The translations under genes and the position numbers were made by a program. Below are positions 11,225-21,419 of a stretch of 64,000 nt of DNA, one piece after another. The notes under the pieces were generated by a model. That model did not search any database. It was not told the DNA's origin and was given only the letters and a program-made list of their open reading frames with translations. The stretch is from Candidatus Poribacteria bacterium (GTDB lineage Bacteria; Poribacteria; WGA-4E; WGA-3G): assembly GCA_963667365.1 (NCBI GenBank), contig OY763324.1:3921829-3985828 (forward strand), given 5' to 3'. Position 1 is the first letter of the stretch, and every line of letters begins with the position of its first letter.

Positions 11225-11932
11225 ATGGATAGAATACAATCAAAAAGTAAATTCAATAAAACACTCTTTACTCAACTGTTACTAATTAGTTTCTGCTGCT
11301 TTTTGATTTGTATTCAAATTTTTCCACAGGAAGCAGGAGAACTCTTTACAATTGCTCAAATTCAGTATGGTGGTGGTGGTGACTGGTATGGAGATCCGTC
11401 TGCTATCGGTAATTGGCTTCGGTTATTGCGTGAGAGGACAGAGATTGAAACTGCAGACGACCGTGTGATTCTCAAATTAACCGATCATGTGCTATACCAA
11501 TACCCTATGTTATATCTGGTAGGACATGGGAATATCCGTCTTACAGAAAATGAAGTTACTACGCTCAGACAATATCTCACTAATGGAGGATTCCTCTTTG
11601 TAAATGATGATTACGGACTGGATATGAGTTTCCGTAGAGAAATAAGTAGAGTATTCCCTGAGAAGGAGTTGCAACCGATACCCAATTCACATCAGATATA
11701 TCACTGTTTTTATGATCTTCCGGGTCTACCAAAAATACATGAACACGATTCAGAACCCGCCCAAGGATTTGGAATTTTTCATGATGGAAGAATGGTGGTC
11801 TATTATGCATATAGTTCTGATATCGGTGATGGTTTAGAAGATCCCAGAGTGCATCCTGAAGATACACCTGAAGTCCGTGAACTCGCTTCCAAAATGGCAA
11901 TTAATATAGTTGTATATGTATTAACTCACTAA
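11225..11932 (+). CDS. DUF4159 domain protein
   Basis: YGGGGDWYGDP, LRQYLTNGGFLFVNDDYGLD, GLPKIHEHD and SDIGDGLED. Confidence 0.85.
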   Translation: MDRIQSKSKFNKTLFTQLLLISFCCFLICIQIFPQEAGELFTIAQIQYGGGGDWYGDPSAIGNWLRLLRERTEIETADDRVILKLTDHVLYQYPMLYLVGHGNIRLTENEVTTLRQYLTNGGFLFVNDDYGLDMSFRREISRVFPEKELQPIPNSHQIYHCFYDLPGLPKIHEHDSEPAQGFGIFHDGRMVVYYAYSSDIGDGLEDPRVHPEDTPEVRELASKMAINIVVYVLTH

Positions 11933-12004
11933 GCAATATCTATACAAGTGGTTTGGACACTTTTTGCGAAACAGTGAGGAATTTTAAAAGACATAGGATA
12001 ACCA

Positions 12005-15000
12005 ATGACAAATCATAACATAGATCAGACTTATCAAATTTTAATCAACAAACTCAGGTTAGTTAGACGAACATGGAAATGGCTTATCCTATCTGAAAAC
12101 ATATTAAAATGTATCACAACACTTGCTATTTTGATGGCAGTTGTTTTACTGAGTTTTCAATTGCCTTTACCACAATTATTCAGAACGGGAATCGTTGTCC
12201 TAACTATATGTACTGCACTATACACCACTTTTCGTATTATTATCCGTCCAATGCTCCGCAAATTCTCTTATTCAGAAGTCGCGTCATATCTTGAGGAAGC
12301 ACACCCTAACATAGAAAATAGGATACTTAGTGCTGTTCAACTTCAACCTACCCTTGATAACAATCCATTAGGGTACGCTCAAGATTTTGTTGAAAAGTTG
12401 ATTATGCAGACACAGCAAGATGTTGATATGATTCAGATGAAAAAGATCTTTAATAGGGAATATACCAGAATAAAACGTAACACAGGTGTTGCTGTAGCTG
12501 CTATATGTGTTTTGATGTTGACTAATTTCCTTCTCCCATCTGCATTGAAAGGTTTTACACAAACAATTGAAACTATACCGAAAACAACGTTGGATGGATT
12601 TACAGCACAAATTGAAGAAATAAGTCCTGGAAACATCAACATTAAACGTGGTGAAGATGTAACAATCACCGCAAAAGTAAGTGGACATCTTGATGCGTCT
12701 GTTTATGTATATTATAGTTTTGCACAAACAAACATTGTTGGCGAAGTTACCCACAGTCTGCAGGAAACACCTGATACAATCTCAACTGAAAAGCATAATG
12801 TGGATCAATTACCACATCAACAAGACAGTGATATGTGGCAAACGATTCTGATGGATCGGGAACCCACAGACATTCTATATACCGCAACAATAGAAAATAT
12901 TGATCGTTCCCTTCAATACTATATTTCAACTAAAGGCATTGCTTCGGATCGGTTTCAGATTGGTGTAAGTCATGAACCGATTGTAAAATCCTTTCAACTC
13001 CAACTCGACTATCCAGCTTATACACAACTTCCATCTGAAACACTTGAAGCAAATATTGGGGATGCAGAGGTACTCTACGGAACAGAAATCAGTATTACCG
13101 GTGAAAGTAACAAACCACTCAGTGAAGCACATCTAATTTTTGATGAATCTGATATTGTTCCACTAAAAATTGAAACAGAAACTGTTATGAAAGGCAGTTT
13201 TATTGCAGAAGAAGCAGGTACATATCACATTCAAGTGCAGGATATGGATGGTATGTCAAATACTAATCCGCTCATATACACAATCAACGTATTCAAAGAT
13301 TCAGTTCCTCAAGTGGAAATAGTTGAACCTGGCAAAGATCTCATCTTAGATAACGACATGGTGGTTAAACTCAAAGTTGAAGCAACTGATGATTATGGAA
13401 TCCATGCACTACAATTAATTCACCGTATACAGAAAGAGTCTGTAGAGGATGGAATTGTCACTCTCAAGCAAATTCCGTTAAGCACTTCACCTCCACAAAC
13501 TTCACATTTCTTAACTTATACTTGGGATATTGACCCTATTGGTCTTTTTCCTGGTGAAATGCTCTCTTATTATGTACAAGTTCTTGATACTGACAATATA
13601 ACGGGTCCTAATATTGGTAAATCGCGTACGTATACACTTCGTTTTCCAACCTTGGATGAATTATATGAAGATCTTGCTGTAGAACAGGAGTCTGAACAGT
13701 ACGGACTTGATGAGTTGTTTGACGAACAGTCTGACGCAACTGGTATGGTTGATGAACTTCTTGACAAAATCCGCAAATTTAAAGAGTTTTCACTTACAGA
13801 TAAGAAACTGCTACAACAAGTTGTAGAAACCCAAAAAGAGATTGAAAGAAAAGCAAATGAACTCATCACCGAGATGGAACAGACTACTACCGATATAGAG
13901 AAAAATCAACTTTTTGAACCAGAAACGGTACAGAAATATCAGGAACTCCAAGAGTTGATGAAAGAAGCATTGTCTGAAGAACATCAGGAACTCCTAAAAA
14001 AACTGAGTGAGGCATTGGCACAACAGCAATTATCTGAACAAGAAAGGTCAATGACAGAAGCTAATTTCAATCAAGAGCAATTTCAACAACAACTGGAACG
14101 GATGAAATCTTTATATCAGCAATTGATTATGCAACAGAAACTTGAAGCAGCAGCCAAACAAGCACAAGAACTTGCGGAACAGCAGAAACAATTGATGGAC
14201 TCTTTAGATGCCTCTACAGCAGAAAAATCGGAGGATTCCACCAAATCTGAGAATTCAGAACAATCTCCGATACCTGATGATACACAGTCTAAGGAAGGTC
14301 AACAAGGGACCAATACATTGGAACAATCGCAGCTCAATGAATCTGCTCAAAGAGAAGATCGTATTAAACAAGAATCTGATAAACTTAGCGAGAAATTGGA
14401 CACACTTGGAAATGAAATGTCCGATATAGCAAAATCACAAGAAAACTCCGCACCACAAATAGAAAAAGTTGCTGATGAAGTTATGCGACTTAACCAATAC
14501 ACAAAGGATCAAAAATTATCTGAAAATCTACAAAGGACGAGTAATAATCTTCGGAATGAGCTGCAACAAGAAGCACTTCAAACCGGTAGAAATGCTGAAC
14601 AAACAATGTCCGAATTAGCCCAGGGATTAGACAATGCAATGGAATTTATGCAGGGTGCAAATTCTGATCAAGCATTGACCGCTATGCGAGATGCAGTGAA
14701 AAGTGGTCTGTATTATTCCCATCTCCATGAAAATGCTATCGATAGGACAAACGAACTGCTTAGTACTAACATGCAAGATTACATTCCAAGTGAAATATTA
14801 CGGCTTCAGCAACTGGCTGCAGATGAACTTAGTGCTGCAAACGGTATATCCCAACTTGCTGATAAACTATGGGAACTTGGTAAGCAACAGATGCAAATTG
14901 ATCCTGAAATAGTATGGCGATTAAATGCATCAAGCGATGCTATGAGCCGTGCCGCACGAGCACTTGAAGATAGACAAACTATCCTTGCATTACCCATACA

Positions 15001-15643
15001 AAGACAAGGTCTTGCTGATCTTAATCAGGCAATCTATGACTTACTCAATGCAATGGAACAAATGAATCAACAGATGGGTGCAGGGGGTCTGCAAGATATG
15101 ATGGAACAACTGCAACAACTTGCACAAAGTCAAGAGCAGCTAAATGAGATGGCACAAACCCTTAGCCAACAGATGCGTGAACAAGGACGGACTCCCGGTA
15201 TACAACAACGCCTTGATAGGCTTGCATCTCAACAACAACTCATCCGTGAAGCAACAGAAAGACTTGCCGAATTAGCAGAAGAAGCAGCTGAGATGCTGGG
15301 AAGTCTGAAAGATGTAGCTGAAGAGATGGCTGATGTTGAGAGAAAACTTGACGCAGGTACACTCGACGATGAAGTAATTGACCAACAGGAAAGAATTGTG
15401 ACTCGTATGCTTGATAGTCTAAAATCACTGCAAAAACGTGATCTTGGAAGACAACGGAAAGCACAAGTTGCTAAGAAGGCATCTGTACCTCCCCAAGATA
15501 TACCATCGCTACATCCAGAATTATTAAAAATTGTCCGCAAATTTGAAACCACTCCCAATGCTAAGGAACTGGAGAACATTCCATTTCAATATCGAGAACA
15601 ACTAAGACAGTATTTCAAAGCATTATCACAAAAAACCAAATAA
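12005..15643 (+). CDS. DUF4175-like large membrane-anchored coiled-coil protein
   Basis: N-terminal TM helices, YPAYT and ATDDYGI motifs, long Q/E-rich coiled coil, terminal PFQYREQLRQYF. Confidence 0.75.
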   Translation: MTNHNIDQTYQILINKLRLVRRTWKWLILSENILKCITTLAILMAVVLLSFQLPLPQLFRTGIVVLTICTALYTTFRIIIRPMLRKFSYSEVASYLEEAHPNIENRILSAVQLQPTLDNNPLGYAQDFVEKLIMQTQQDVDMIQMKKIFNREYTRIKRNTGVAVAAICVLMLTNFLLPSALKGFTQTIETIPKTTLDGFTAQIEEISPGNINIKRGEDVTITAKVSGHLDASVYVYYSFAQTNIVGEVTHSLQETPDTISTEKHNVDQLPHQQDSDMWQTILMDREPTDILYTATIENIDRSLQYYISTKGIASDRFQIGVSHEPIVKSFQLQLDYPAYTQLPSETLEANIGDAEVLYGTEISITGESNKPLSEAHLIFDESDIVPLKIETETVMKGSFIAEEAGTYHIQVQDMDGMSNTNPLIYTINVFKDSVPQVEIVEPGKDLILDNDMVVKLKVEATDDYGIHALQLIHRIQKESVEDGIVTLKQIPLSTSPPQTSHFLTYTWDIDPIGLFPGEMLSYYVQVLDTDNITGPNIGKSRTYTLRFPTLDELYEDLAVEQESEQYGLDELFDEQSDATGMVDELLDKIRKFKEFSLTDKKLLQQVVETQKEIERKANELITEMEQTTTDIEKNQLFEPETVQKYQELQELMKEALSEEHQELLKKLSEALAQQQLSEQERSMTEANFNQEQFQQQLERMKSLYQQLIMQQKLEAAAKQAQELAEQQKQLMDSLDASTAEKSEDSTKSENSEQSPIPDDTQSKEGQQGTNTLEQSQLNESAQREDRIKQESDKLSEKLDTLGNEMSDIAKSQENSAPQIEKVADEVMRLNQYTKDQKLSENLQRTSNNLRNELQQEALQTGRNAEQTMSELAQGLDNAMEFMQGANSDQALTAMRDAVKSGLYYSHLHENAIDRTNELLSTNMQDYIPSEILRLQQLAADELSAANGISQLADKLWELGKQQMQIDPEIVWRLNASSDAMSRAARALEDRQTILALPIQRQGLADLNQAIYDLLNAMEQMNQQMGAGGLQDMMEQLQQLAQSQEQLNEMAQTLSQQMREQGRTPGIQQRLDRLASQQQLIREATERLAELAEEAAEMLGSLKDVAEEMADVERKLDAGTLDDEVIDQQERIVTRMLDSLKSLQKRDLGRQRKAQVAKKASVPPQDIPSLHPELLKIVRKFETTPNAKELENIPFQYREQLRQYFKALSQKTK

Positions 15644-15662
15644 TTGATATTGCTATTTCATA

Positions 15663-17330
15663 ATGGAGAACAAAATGCGTTTTATAAATCACATTCTGAT
15701 ATATCTAACCATGTTAATGTTTTCAACAACTTGCACCTTTGCCCTCACTGATTTAGAGATTGAGGGTTTGATTGGTAGGATGTCATTAGAAGAAAAGATT
15801 GGGCAACTTTTCATTGCAGGAACAGGCGGAAGAGTAATAGGTCCATTACCAAAAGCACACATCTCCAAACGTTATGTCGGAGGGTTTGTACTTTATGAAA
15901 AAAACATCCTGAATCCTGCACAGGTAGCAGCCTTAACAACAGAACTTCAACTACTATCAAAACAAACACCAAACGGCATTCCTCTTTTTATTGCAATTGA
16001 CCAAGAGGGAGGAAAGGTGTCAAGATTTAAAAAAGGTGCAACTATTTTACCTGGGAATATGGCATTAGGTGCTACACGGTCTAAACGTTTAGCAGAAAAA
16101 GCAGGTGAAATCACTGGAATTGAATTGAAAAGAATGGGTATCAACCTAAATTTTGCTCCTGTGCTTGATGTTAACACTAATCCAAAGAATCCTGCTATCG
16201 GTGTCCGTTCATTCGGTGAATCCCCCGAACTTGTCTCACAACTTGGTGTAGCCTATATCCGTGGCTTACAAAATCAAGGTGTACTTGCTACTGCTAAACA
16301 CTTTCCAGGACACGGTGATACAAATGCTGACTCATATAAGAAATTACCTTTGGTAGATCATAATAAAAGACATCTAAGCAAAGTTGATTTAGTACCGTTT
16401 CGCGATGCAATTGACGCTGGTGTTGGAGTAATTATGTCTGCACATATCCACTATCCAGGTCTGGATAATAACATACCAGCTACGCTTTCACACTCAATTA
16501 TGACAAAACTTCTGCGTGCAGAACTTGGTTTTGAAGGGATAATCATTACAGATGATCTTGAGATGAAAGCAATTGAAGACGAATATGAAATTGGTGAAGC
16601 TGCAGTTTCTGCCATTCAAGCTGGTGCGGATATACTACTTATTCCGTGGTCTTGGAAAAAATTACAAACTGCATATAGCGCAATACGACAGGCAGTGAGA
16701 AACCGACAAATAACCAAAACACGAATTGATAATTCTGTTCGTCGCATTTTAAAGGGTAAAAGTGCATGCGGTGCATTTGATAGACCGATAAAGCATATTG
16801 AAAACCCAAATGCAATCAACTCGCCACTTTCAGTCATAGGAAGTATGGAACATAGAGAAACAGCTAAAACTATCGCAGCACAAGCAATATCTATTGTAAA
16901 GGATACTCCGAATATACTCCCATTATCTGCAGAACCAACAGAGCCTGTTCTCATCATCAGTCCTTCACGAGACTTTTCAAACGCCTTCTTAAAAGCACAT
17001 ACCGATCTTACCCATGTCAATACAGTTATGATACCACCCAAAGTGATCATAAGGCAATATATACCACATCTCTTATCATCAAAACCTAATGTTATTGTAG
17101 CGGGTATAGCATATTTACATCACGCGAAACTTGTGCATGAATTGAGTCGTAACACAGATATTCCAATTGTTGCTATTTCTGTTGGATCTCCATATCTACT
17201 TGCTGAGTGTCCTAATGTTGAGTGTGCTATTGCCGCATACGATGATAACTATTTTTCTCTTTTCGCTGCTGTGGAAGTTTTGTTAGGTAAAAAACAAGCT
17301 ACTGGAAAGTTACCAGTTACTATTCGGTAA
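15663..17330 (+). CDS. nagZ: GH3 beta-N-acetylhexosaminidase (NagZ-like), exported, with catalytic His replaced by Tyr
   Basis: IDQEGG, NFAPVLD, RSFG, KHFPGHGDTNADSY and ITDDLEM; C-terminal GH3 domain. Confidence 0.85.
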   Translation: MENKMRFINHILIYLTMLMFSTTCTFALTDLEIEGLIGRMSLEEKIGQLFIAGTGGRVIGPLPKAHISKRYVGGFVLYEKNILNPAQVAALTTELQLLSKQTPNGIPLFIAIDQEGGKVSRFKKGATILPGNMALGATRSKRLAEKAGEITGIELKRMGINLNFAPVLDVNTNPKNPAIGVRSFGESPELVSQLGVAYIRGLQNQGVLATAKHFPGHGDTNADSYKKLPLVDHNKRHLSKVDLVPFRDAIDAGVGVIMSAHIHYPGLDNNIPATLSHSIMTKLLRAELGFEGIIITDDLEMKAIEDEYEIGEAAVSAIQAGADILLIPWSWKKLQTAYSAIRQAVRNRQITKTRIDNSVRRILKGKSACGAFDRPIKHIENPNAINSPLSVIGSMEHRETAKTIAAQAISIVKDTPNILPLSAEPTEPVLIISPSRDFSNAFLKAHTDLTHVNTVMIPPKVIIRQYIPHLLSSKPNVIVAGIAYLHHAKLVHELSRNTDIPIVAISVGSPYLLAECPNVECAIAAYDDNYFSLFAAVEVLLGKKQATGKLPVTIR

Positions 17331-17429
17331 CTTTATTTATAAGTTGAATAACAGGAATTTGTGAATTGTTTGAAATATAGGATATTGGACAGGTATTATC
17401 ACTAAAGGAAACATTAGGAGAATTAATAC

Positions 17430-18170
17430 ATGAATGTTCTACTTGTAGGTGGTTCTGGACATGTGGGTACGATGACGCTACCATACATGAAGGAGCATCA
17501 CAATTTCCGTGTGCTTGATCTCGCACCACCAAAGGATACCTCTATAGAATATATCCAAGGATCTGTAACTGATGTGGATGTCGTAAAAAAAGCGTTAGAG
17601 GGGATGGATACATTTGTGTATATGGTGATGTTACGTCCGACAAGTGACCGCTCATCTGTAGCCGATTATCCAGATATTATTGCAAATTATGATGTAAACG
17701 CTAAGGGATTACATATAGTGCTGCATGCGGCAAAGGAAGTTGGAATTCGACACGGTGTCTACACGAGTACTTTTACGGTGCATGAACGAACACGAAATAG
17801 TTATCCTTATGAAGATATCGTACCCCGTGATAATCCTGGTGTTTACGGTTTGACCAAAAGTTTTGGTGAACAAGTCTGTGAATACTTTGCACGTGAACAT
17901 GATATGTCCCTTATTGCACTACGAATTACAGGTCCATCTACGCGTGATCAGTGGTTGGAACGACGTAATCAACCCAAAGATCCTTCAGTGCATATCTGGT
18001 GGACAGATGAAGAAGATTTGGCACGTGCATATCTCGCTGCTGTTTCTGTTGAGCATGAAGGCTTTGACGCATTTTTTATTGCTGGAGACTATGAACAGAA
18101 GGAAATCAATCTATCAAAAGCAAAACGATTGTTAGGTTGGGAACCGCTAACACATACGCTGACTTTGTAA
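17430..18170 (+). CDS. NAD-dependent epimerase/dehydratase (extended SDR)
   Basis: GGSGHVG Rossmann motif and YGLTK (YxxxK). Confidence 0.85.
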   Translation: MNVLLVGGSGHVGTMTLPYMKEHHNFRVLDLAPPKDTSIEYIQGSVTDVDVVKKALEGMDTFVYMVMLRPTSDRSSVADYPDIIANYDVNAKGLHIVLHAAKEVGIRHGVYTSTFTVHERTRNSYPYEDIVPRDNPGVYGLTKSFGEQVCEYFAREHDMSLIALRITGPSTRDQWLERRNQPKDPSVHIWWTDEEDLARAYLAAVSVEHEGFDAFFIAGDYEQKEINLSKAKRLLGWEPLTHTLTL

Positions 18171-18201
18171 ACAATCATAAAAGTTGTGGTTTTCTGTTAA
18201 T

Positions 18202-18230
18202 TTGACATAGATGATACTTCATGCTACAAT
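18202..18230 (+). promoter_or_regulatory. sigma70-type promoter giving a near-leaderless transcript
   Basis: TTGACA-17nt-TACAAT with TG; the ATG at 18239 is only 8 nt after the -10 box. Confidence 0.6.
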
Positions 18231-18238
18231 ATACTGAA

Positions 18239-18540
18239 ATGAAGCCAAGGGTTTACGTTGAAACGACAGTTGTCAGTTATCTCACTGCACGACCCAGTAG
18301 TAATGAGGTAGTAGAATCTTGACAACGCGCAACCCGGCAGCTGTGGGAAGAATATTCCGATAACTTTGAATTTGTGATTTCGGATATAGTGATCAATGAA
18401 GCAGGATAAAAGAAGCATTTACGGCTAAATTCAACTCGGCACAAGAACTCTACGATTATTTGAAAGCAAACCAAAAGAAATGGAAAGCACTTGGTTGGAA
18501 ATATGTGCCGCTCCCGCAGTCCCATACGAAAGATAATTCA
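18239..18540 (+). pseudogene. decayed PIN-domain (VapC-like) toxin with a downstream partner-gene remnant
   Basis: MKPRVYVETTVVSYLTARPSSNEVVES*QRATRQLWEEYSDNFEFVISDIVINEAG* (TGA 18320, TAA 18407), followed by a fragment EAFTAKFNSAQELYDYLKANQKKWK. Confidence 0.7.
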
Positions 18541-18699
18541 AATGTAAAAGAAACCTTATTCTCACATGGTTCTATCCAACACTACCCCGAACTACACCCA
18601 TCACACTGATGTTTTCGTTTTCCCACTAAATTCTGTTATAACTTGCTTAATATTTACAATTTTGGTATTCTGTTAGATATATAAAGGAAAAATGTCTAT

Positions 18700-19512
18700 A
18701 TGGCGCACCCAGAACTAACATTAACTGAACACCGACCTTTCCAAACCCAGCGAAAAGACACCTGGTGGGTTCAGCCTTTGGCTGTATTTATCGGGTTAGG
18801 AGCATTCATCGTTTACGCGACCTTTCGTGTTTTTGAAGGGAACCATTTCATACACGATCCATATTTAACACCATTCTATTCACCACTACTTTTTGGTCTA
18901 AATGATGTCGCGCATAGTATTGAGCACAGTTGGTTTGGTAAAATGCCATCTTGGATGCCCGGTTTTATTACGCCTGCTGTTCTAATTCTGTGGGCACCAC
19001 TTGGATTTCGTTTTACATGTTATTATTACCGGGGCGCGTACTACAAAGCGTTTTGGGCAGATCCCCCCTCCTGTACGGTTTCAGAACCACGCAAAGGTTA
19101 TCGTGGCGAACATTCTTTCCCATTGATTATACAGAACATTCACCGCTATTTCCTTTATGTAGCAATCATTATAGTAGGTATATTAGCCTACGATACTTGG
19201 AAGGCGCTCTGGTTTGATGATGGGAACGGTGGAAAGACATTTGGAATTGGGATAGGTACTATCGTTTTAGCAGGAAATGTGGTCCTTTTAGGTGGGTATA
19301 CCTTCGGATGTCACTCATTACGGCACTTAGTAGGTGGCGTAGTAGACTTACTATCGAAAGCACCTGTACGTCGTAATATATACAACTGCGTCAGTTGCTT
19401 GAACCAACGGCACATGCTTTGGGCATGGATGAGTCTGTTTTGGGTAGGTTTTTCGGATGTATATATACGGTTTATAGCACCAGCACTTGGTAAGGACTGG
19501 ATTACATTTTAA
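18700..19512 (+). CDS. succinate dehydrogenase membrane anchor, mycobacterial Sdh1 (Rv0249c)-like
   Basis: About 5 TM helices. FRFTCYYYRGAYYK, QNIHRYF, GCHSLRH and HMLWAW motifs. Directly upstream of the flavoprotein gene. Confidence 0.85.
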   Translation: MAHPELTLTEHRPFQTQRKDTWWVQPLAVFIGLGAFIVYATFRVFEGNHFIHDPYLTPFYSPLLFGLNDVAHSIEHSWFGKMPSWMPGFITPAVLILWAPLGFRFTCYYYRGAYYKAFWADPPSCTVSEPRKGYRGEHSFPLIIQNIHRYFLYVAIIIVGILAYDTWKALWFDDGNGGKTFGIGIGTIVLAGNVVLLGGYTFGCHSLRHLVGGVVDLLSKAPVRRNIYNCVSCLNQRHMLWAWMSLFWVGFSDVYIRFIAPALGKDWITF

Positions 19513-19579
19513 ATTCTATACATTCTTTTTAAATTTTAAAGACATTAATAATTGTTCGGAAAAGTGAGGAAATAATAGT

Positions 19580-21397
19580 TTGGCATCTTACGAAACTTTT
19601 GAGCATGACGTATTAATTATCGGTGCAGGTGGTGCAGGATTACGTGCTGCAATTGAAGCAGCTGCGGGTGGTTTGAACGTTGGGTTGGTGTGTAAGTCTC
19701 TACTTGGTAAAGCACACACTGTTATGGCTGAAGGCGGTGTTGCCGCAGCATTAGCAAATGTAGATGAAAGAGATAGTTGGCGTGTTCATTTTGCTGATAC
19801 CATGCGCGGAGGACAATATCTCTCTAATGCGAGAATGGCAGAATTACATGCTAAAGAATCACCTGACAGAGTCCGTGAACTTGAAGCATGGGGTGCTCTA
19901 TTTGATCGGACTAAAGAAGGCAGTATCTTACAACGAAATTTCGGAGGACATCAGTATCCACGACTTGCACACGTTGGTGATCGTACCGGTTTAGAGATGA
20001 TACGTGCGTTACAAGACCACGGTATTCACCAGGGCATAGATGTGCACATGGAGAATACGATCGTTTCACTCCTTAAAACAGGTGATAGAGTATCAGGTGC
20101 TTTCGGTTACGAACGCGAAAAAGGACGATTCAAGATATTTTCCGCGAAGTCAGTCGTCTTGGCGACAGGTGGTGTTGGAAAGGCATTCAAAATCACGAGT
20201 AATAGTTGGGAATATACTGGCGACGGTCATTCTCTGGCATATCATGCTGGTGCAGAACTGATTGATATGGAGTTTGTGCAGTTTCACCCAACAGGAATGG
20301 TATGGCCGCCGAGTGTCAGAGGAATCTTAGTTACTGAGGGGGTTAGAGGAGAAGGCGGTATTCTTACAAACAGTGAAGGTAACCGTTTTATGTTTGATGA
20401 TATTCCTGATCTTTATGTGAACCAAACTGCCGATAATCCAGAAGAAGGATGGCGATATACACAAGGTGACCGAGAGGCACGTAGACCTCCTGAATTGCTA
20501 ACACGTGACCATGTTGCACGTTGTATTGTACGCGAAGTTCATGAAGGTAGAGGTAGTCCCCACGGTGGGGTGTTCTTAGATATCGCATGGATTAAAGAGA
20601 AACTTCCAAATGCTCCAGAACATATACGTAGAAAACTGCCAAGTATGTATCATCAATTCAAAGAACTTGCAGATATTGACATAACACAAGAACCGATGGA
20701 AGTAGGTCCCACAACACACTATATTATGGGGGGAATCCGTGTTGATGCTGATTCACAAATGACATGTGTTCCTGGACTTTTTGCTGCAGGTGAGTGCGCT
20801 GCGGGTCTACACGGTGCAAACCGGCTCGGTGGTAATTCTCTTTCTGACTTACTTGTTTTTGGTAAACGTGCTGGTGAATACGCCGCACAATTTGCCACAG
20901 AGAACGGTGAGATTCCACTTGAGGAAGACATAATCGATTCCATCGCAGAGCATGTTCTCAAACCGTTTGAAAATCCTGAAAATGGAGATAATCCCTACGA
21001 AATTCAAGCACAACTACAGGAAAAAATGCAGGAATTAGTAGGAATTGCACGTAGTCAAGATAGTCTGACACAAGCATTAGAAGAAGTACATCATCTACGT
21101 GAAAAAGCGGATAACGTTCATTCAATCGGCAATAGAGAATACAATTCCGGTTGGCATACTGCACTTGACCTTGACTGTCTTCTCACGGTATCAGAAGCAA
21201 TCGCACTTGCTGCGCTTGAACGCAAAGCCAGTATCGGCGCACATTCTCGTGATGATTTCCCTGAAAAAGAGGAACCTGAAGCTGGTAAATACAACACTAT
21301 TGTCCATAAATCTCAAGATAATACGATGGCTATTCGACGTGAACCCGTTCCTGAATTGTCAGAAGAGCTTCAGCAAATTATAGAGGAAATGGGATAA
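19580..21397 (+). CDS. sdhA: succinate dehydrogenase/fumarate reductase flavoprotein subunit
   Basis: IIGAGGAGL, KAHTVMAEGG (FAD His), QFHPTG and HGANRLGGNSL. TTG start after GAGG. Confidence 0.95.
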   Translation: MASYETFEHDVLIIGAGGAGLRAAIEAAAGGLNVGLVCKSLLGKAHTVMAEGGVAAALANVDERDSWRVHFADTMRGGQYLSNARMAELHAKESPDRVRELEAWGALFDRTKEGSILQRNFGGHQYPRLAHVGDRTGLEMIRALQDHGIHQGIDVHMENTIVSLLKTGDRVSGAFGYEREKGRFKIFSAKSVVLATGGVGKAFKITSNSWEYTGDGHSLAYHAGAELIDMEFVQFHPTGMVWPPSVRGILVTEGVRGEGGILTNSEGNRFMFDDIPDLYVNQTADNPEEGWRYTQGDREARRPPELLTRDHVARCIVREVHEGRGSPHGGVFLDIAWIKEKLPNAPEHIRRKLPSMYHQFKELADIDITQEPMEVGPTTHYIMGGIRVDADSQMTCVPGLFAAGECAAGLHGANRLGGNSLSDLLVFGKRAGEYAAQFATENGEIPLEEDIIDSIAEHVLKPFENPENGDNPYEIQAQLQEKMQELVGIARSQDSLTQALEEVHHLREKADNVHSIGNREYNSGWHTALDLDCLLTVSEAIALAALERKASIGAHSRDDFPEKEEPEAGKYNTIVHKSQDNTMAIRREPVPELSEELQQIIEEMG

Positions 21398-21419
21398 GTT
21401 AGACAGGAAGGATCAAAAT

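Noticed and set aside
13900-15300. CAA/GAA-rich repetitive DNA as a tandem repeat or array
   Set aside because: Explained by Q/E-rich coiled-coil coding in the DUF4175-like protein
18320-18322. In-frame TGA in the PIN-like gene as selenocysteine
   Set aside because: Not at a Cys position, and a TAA plus truncation follow; ordinary decay fits better
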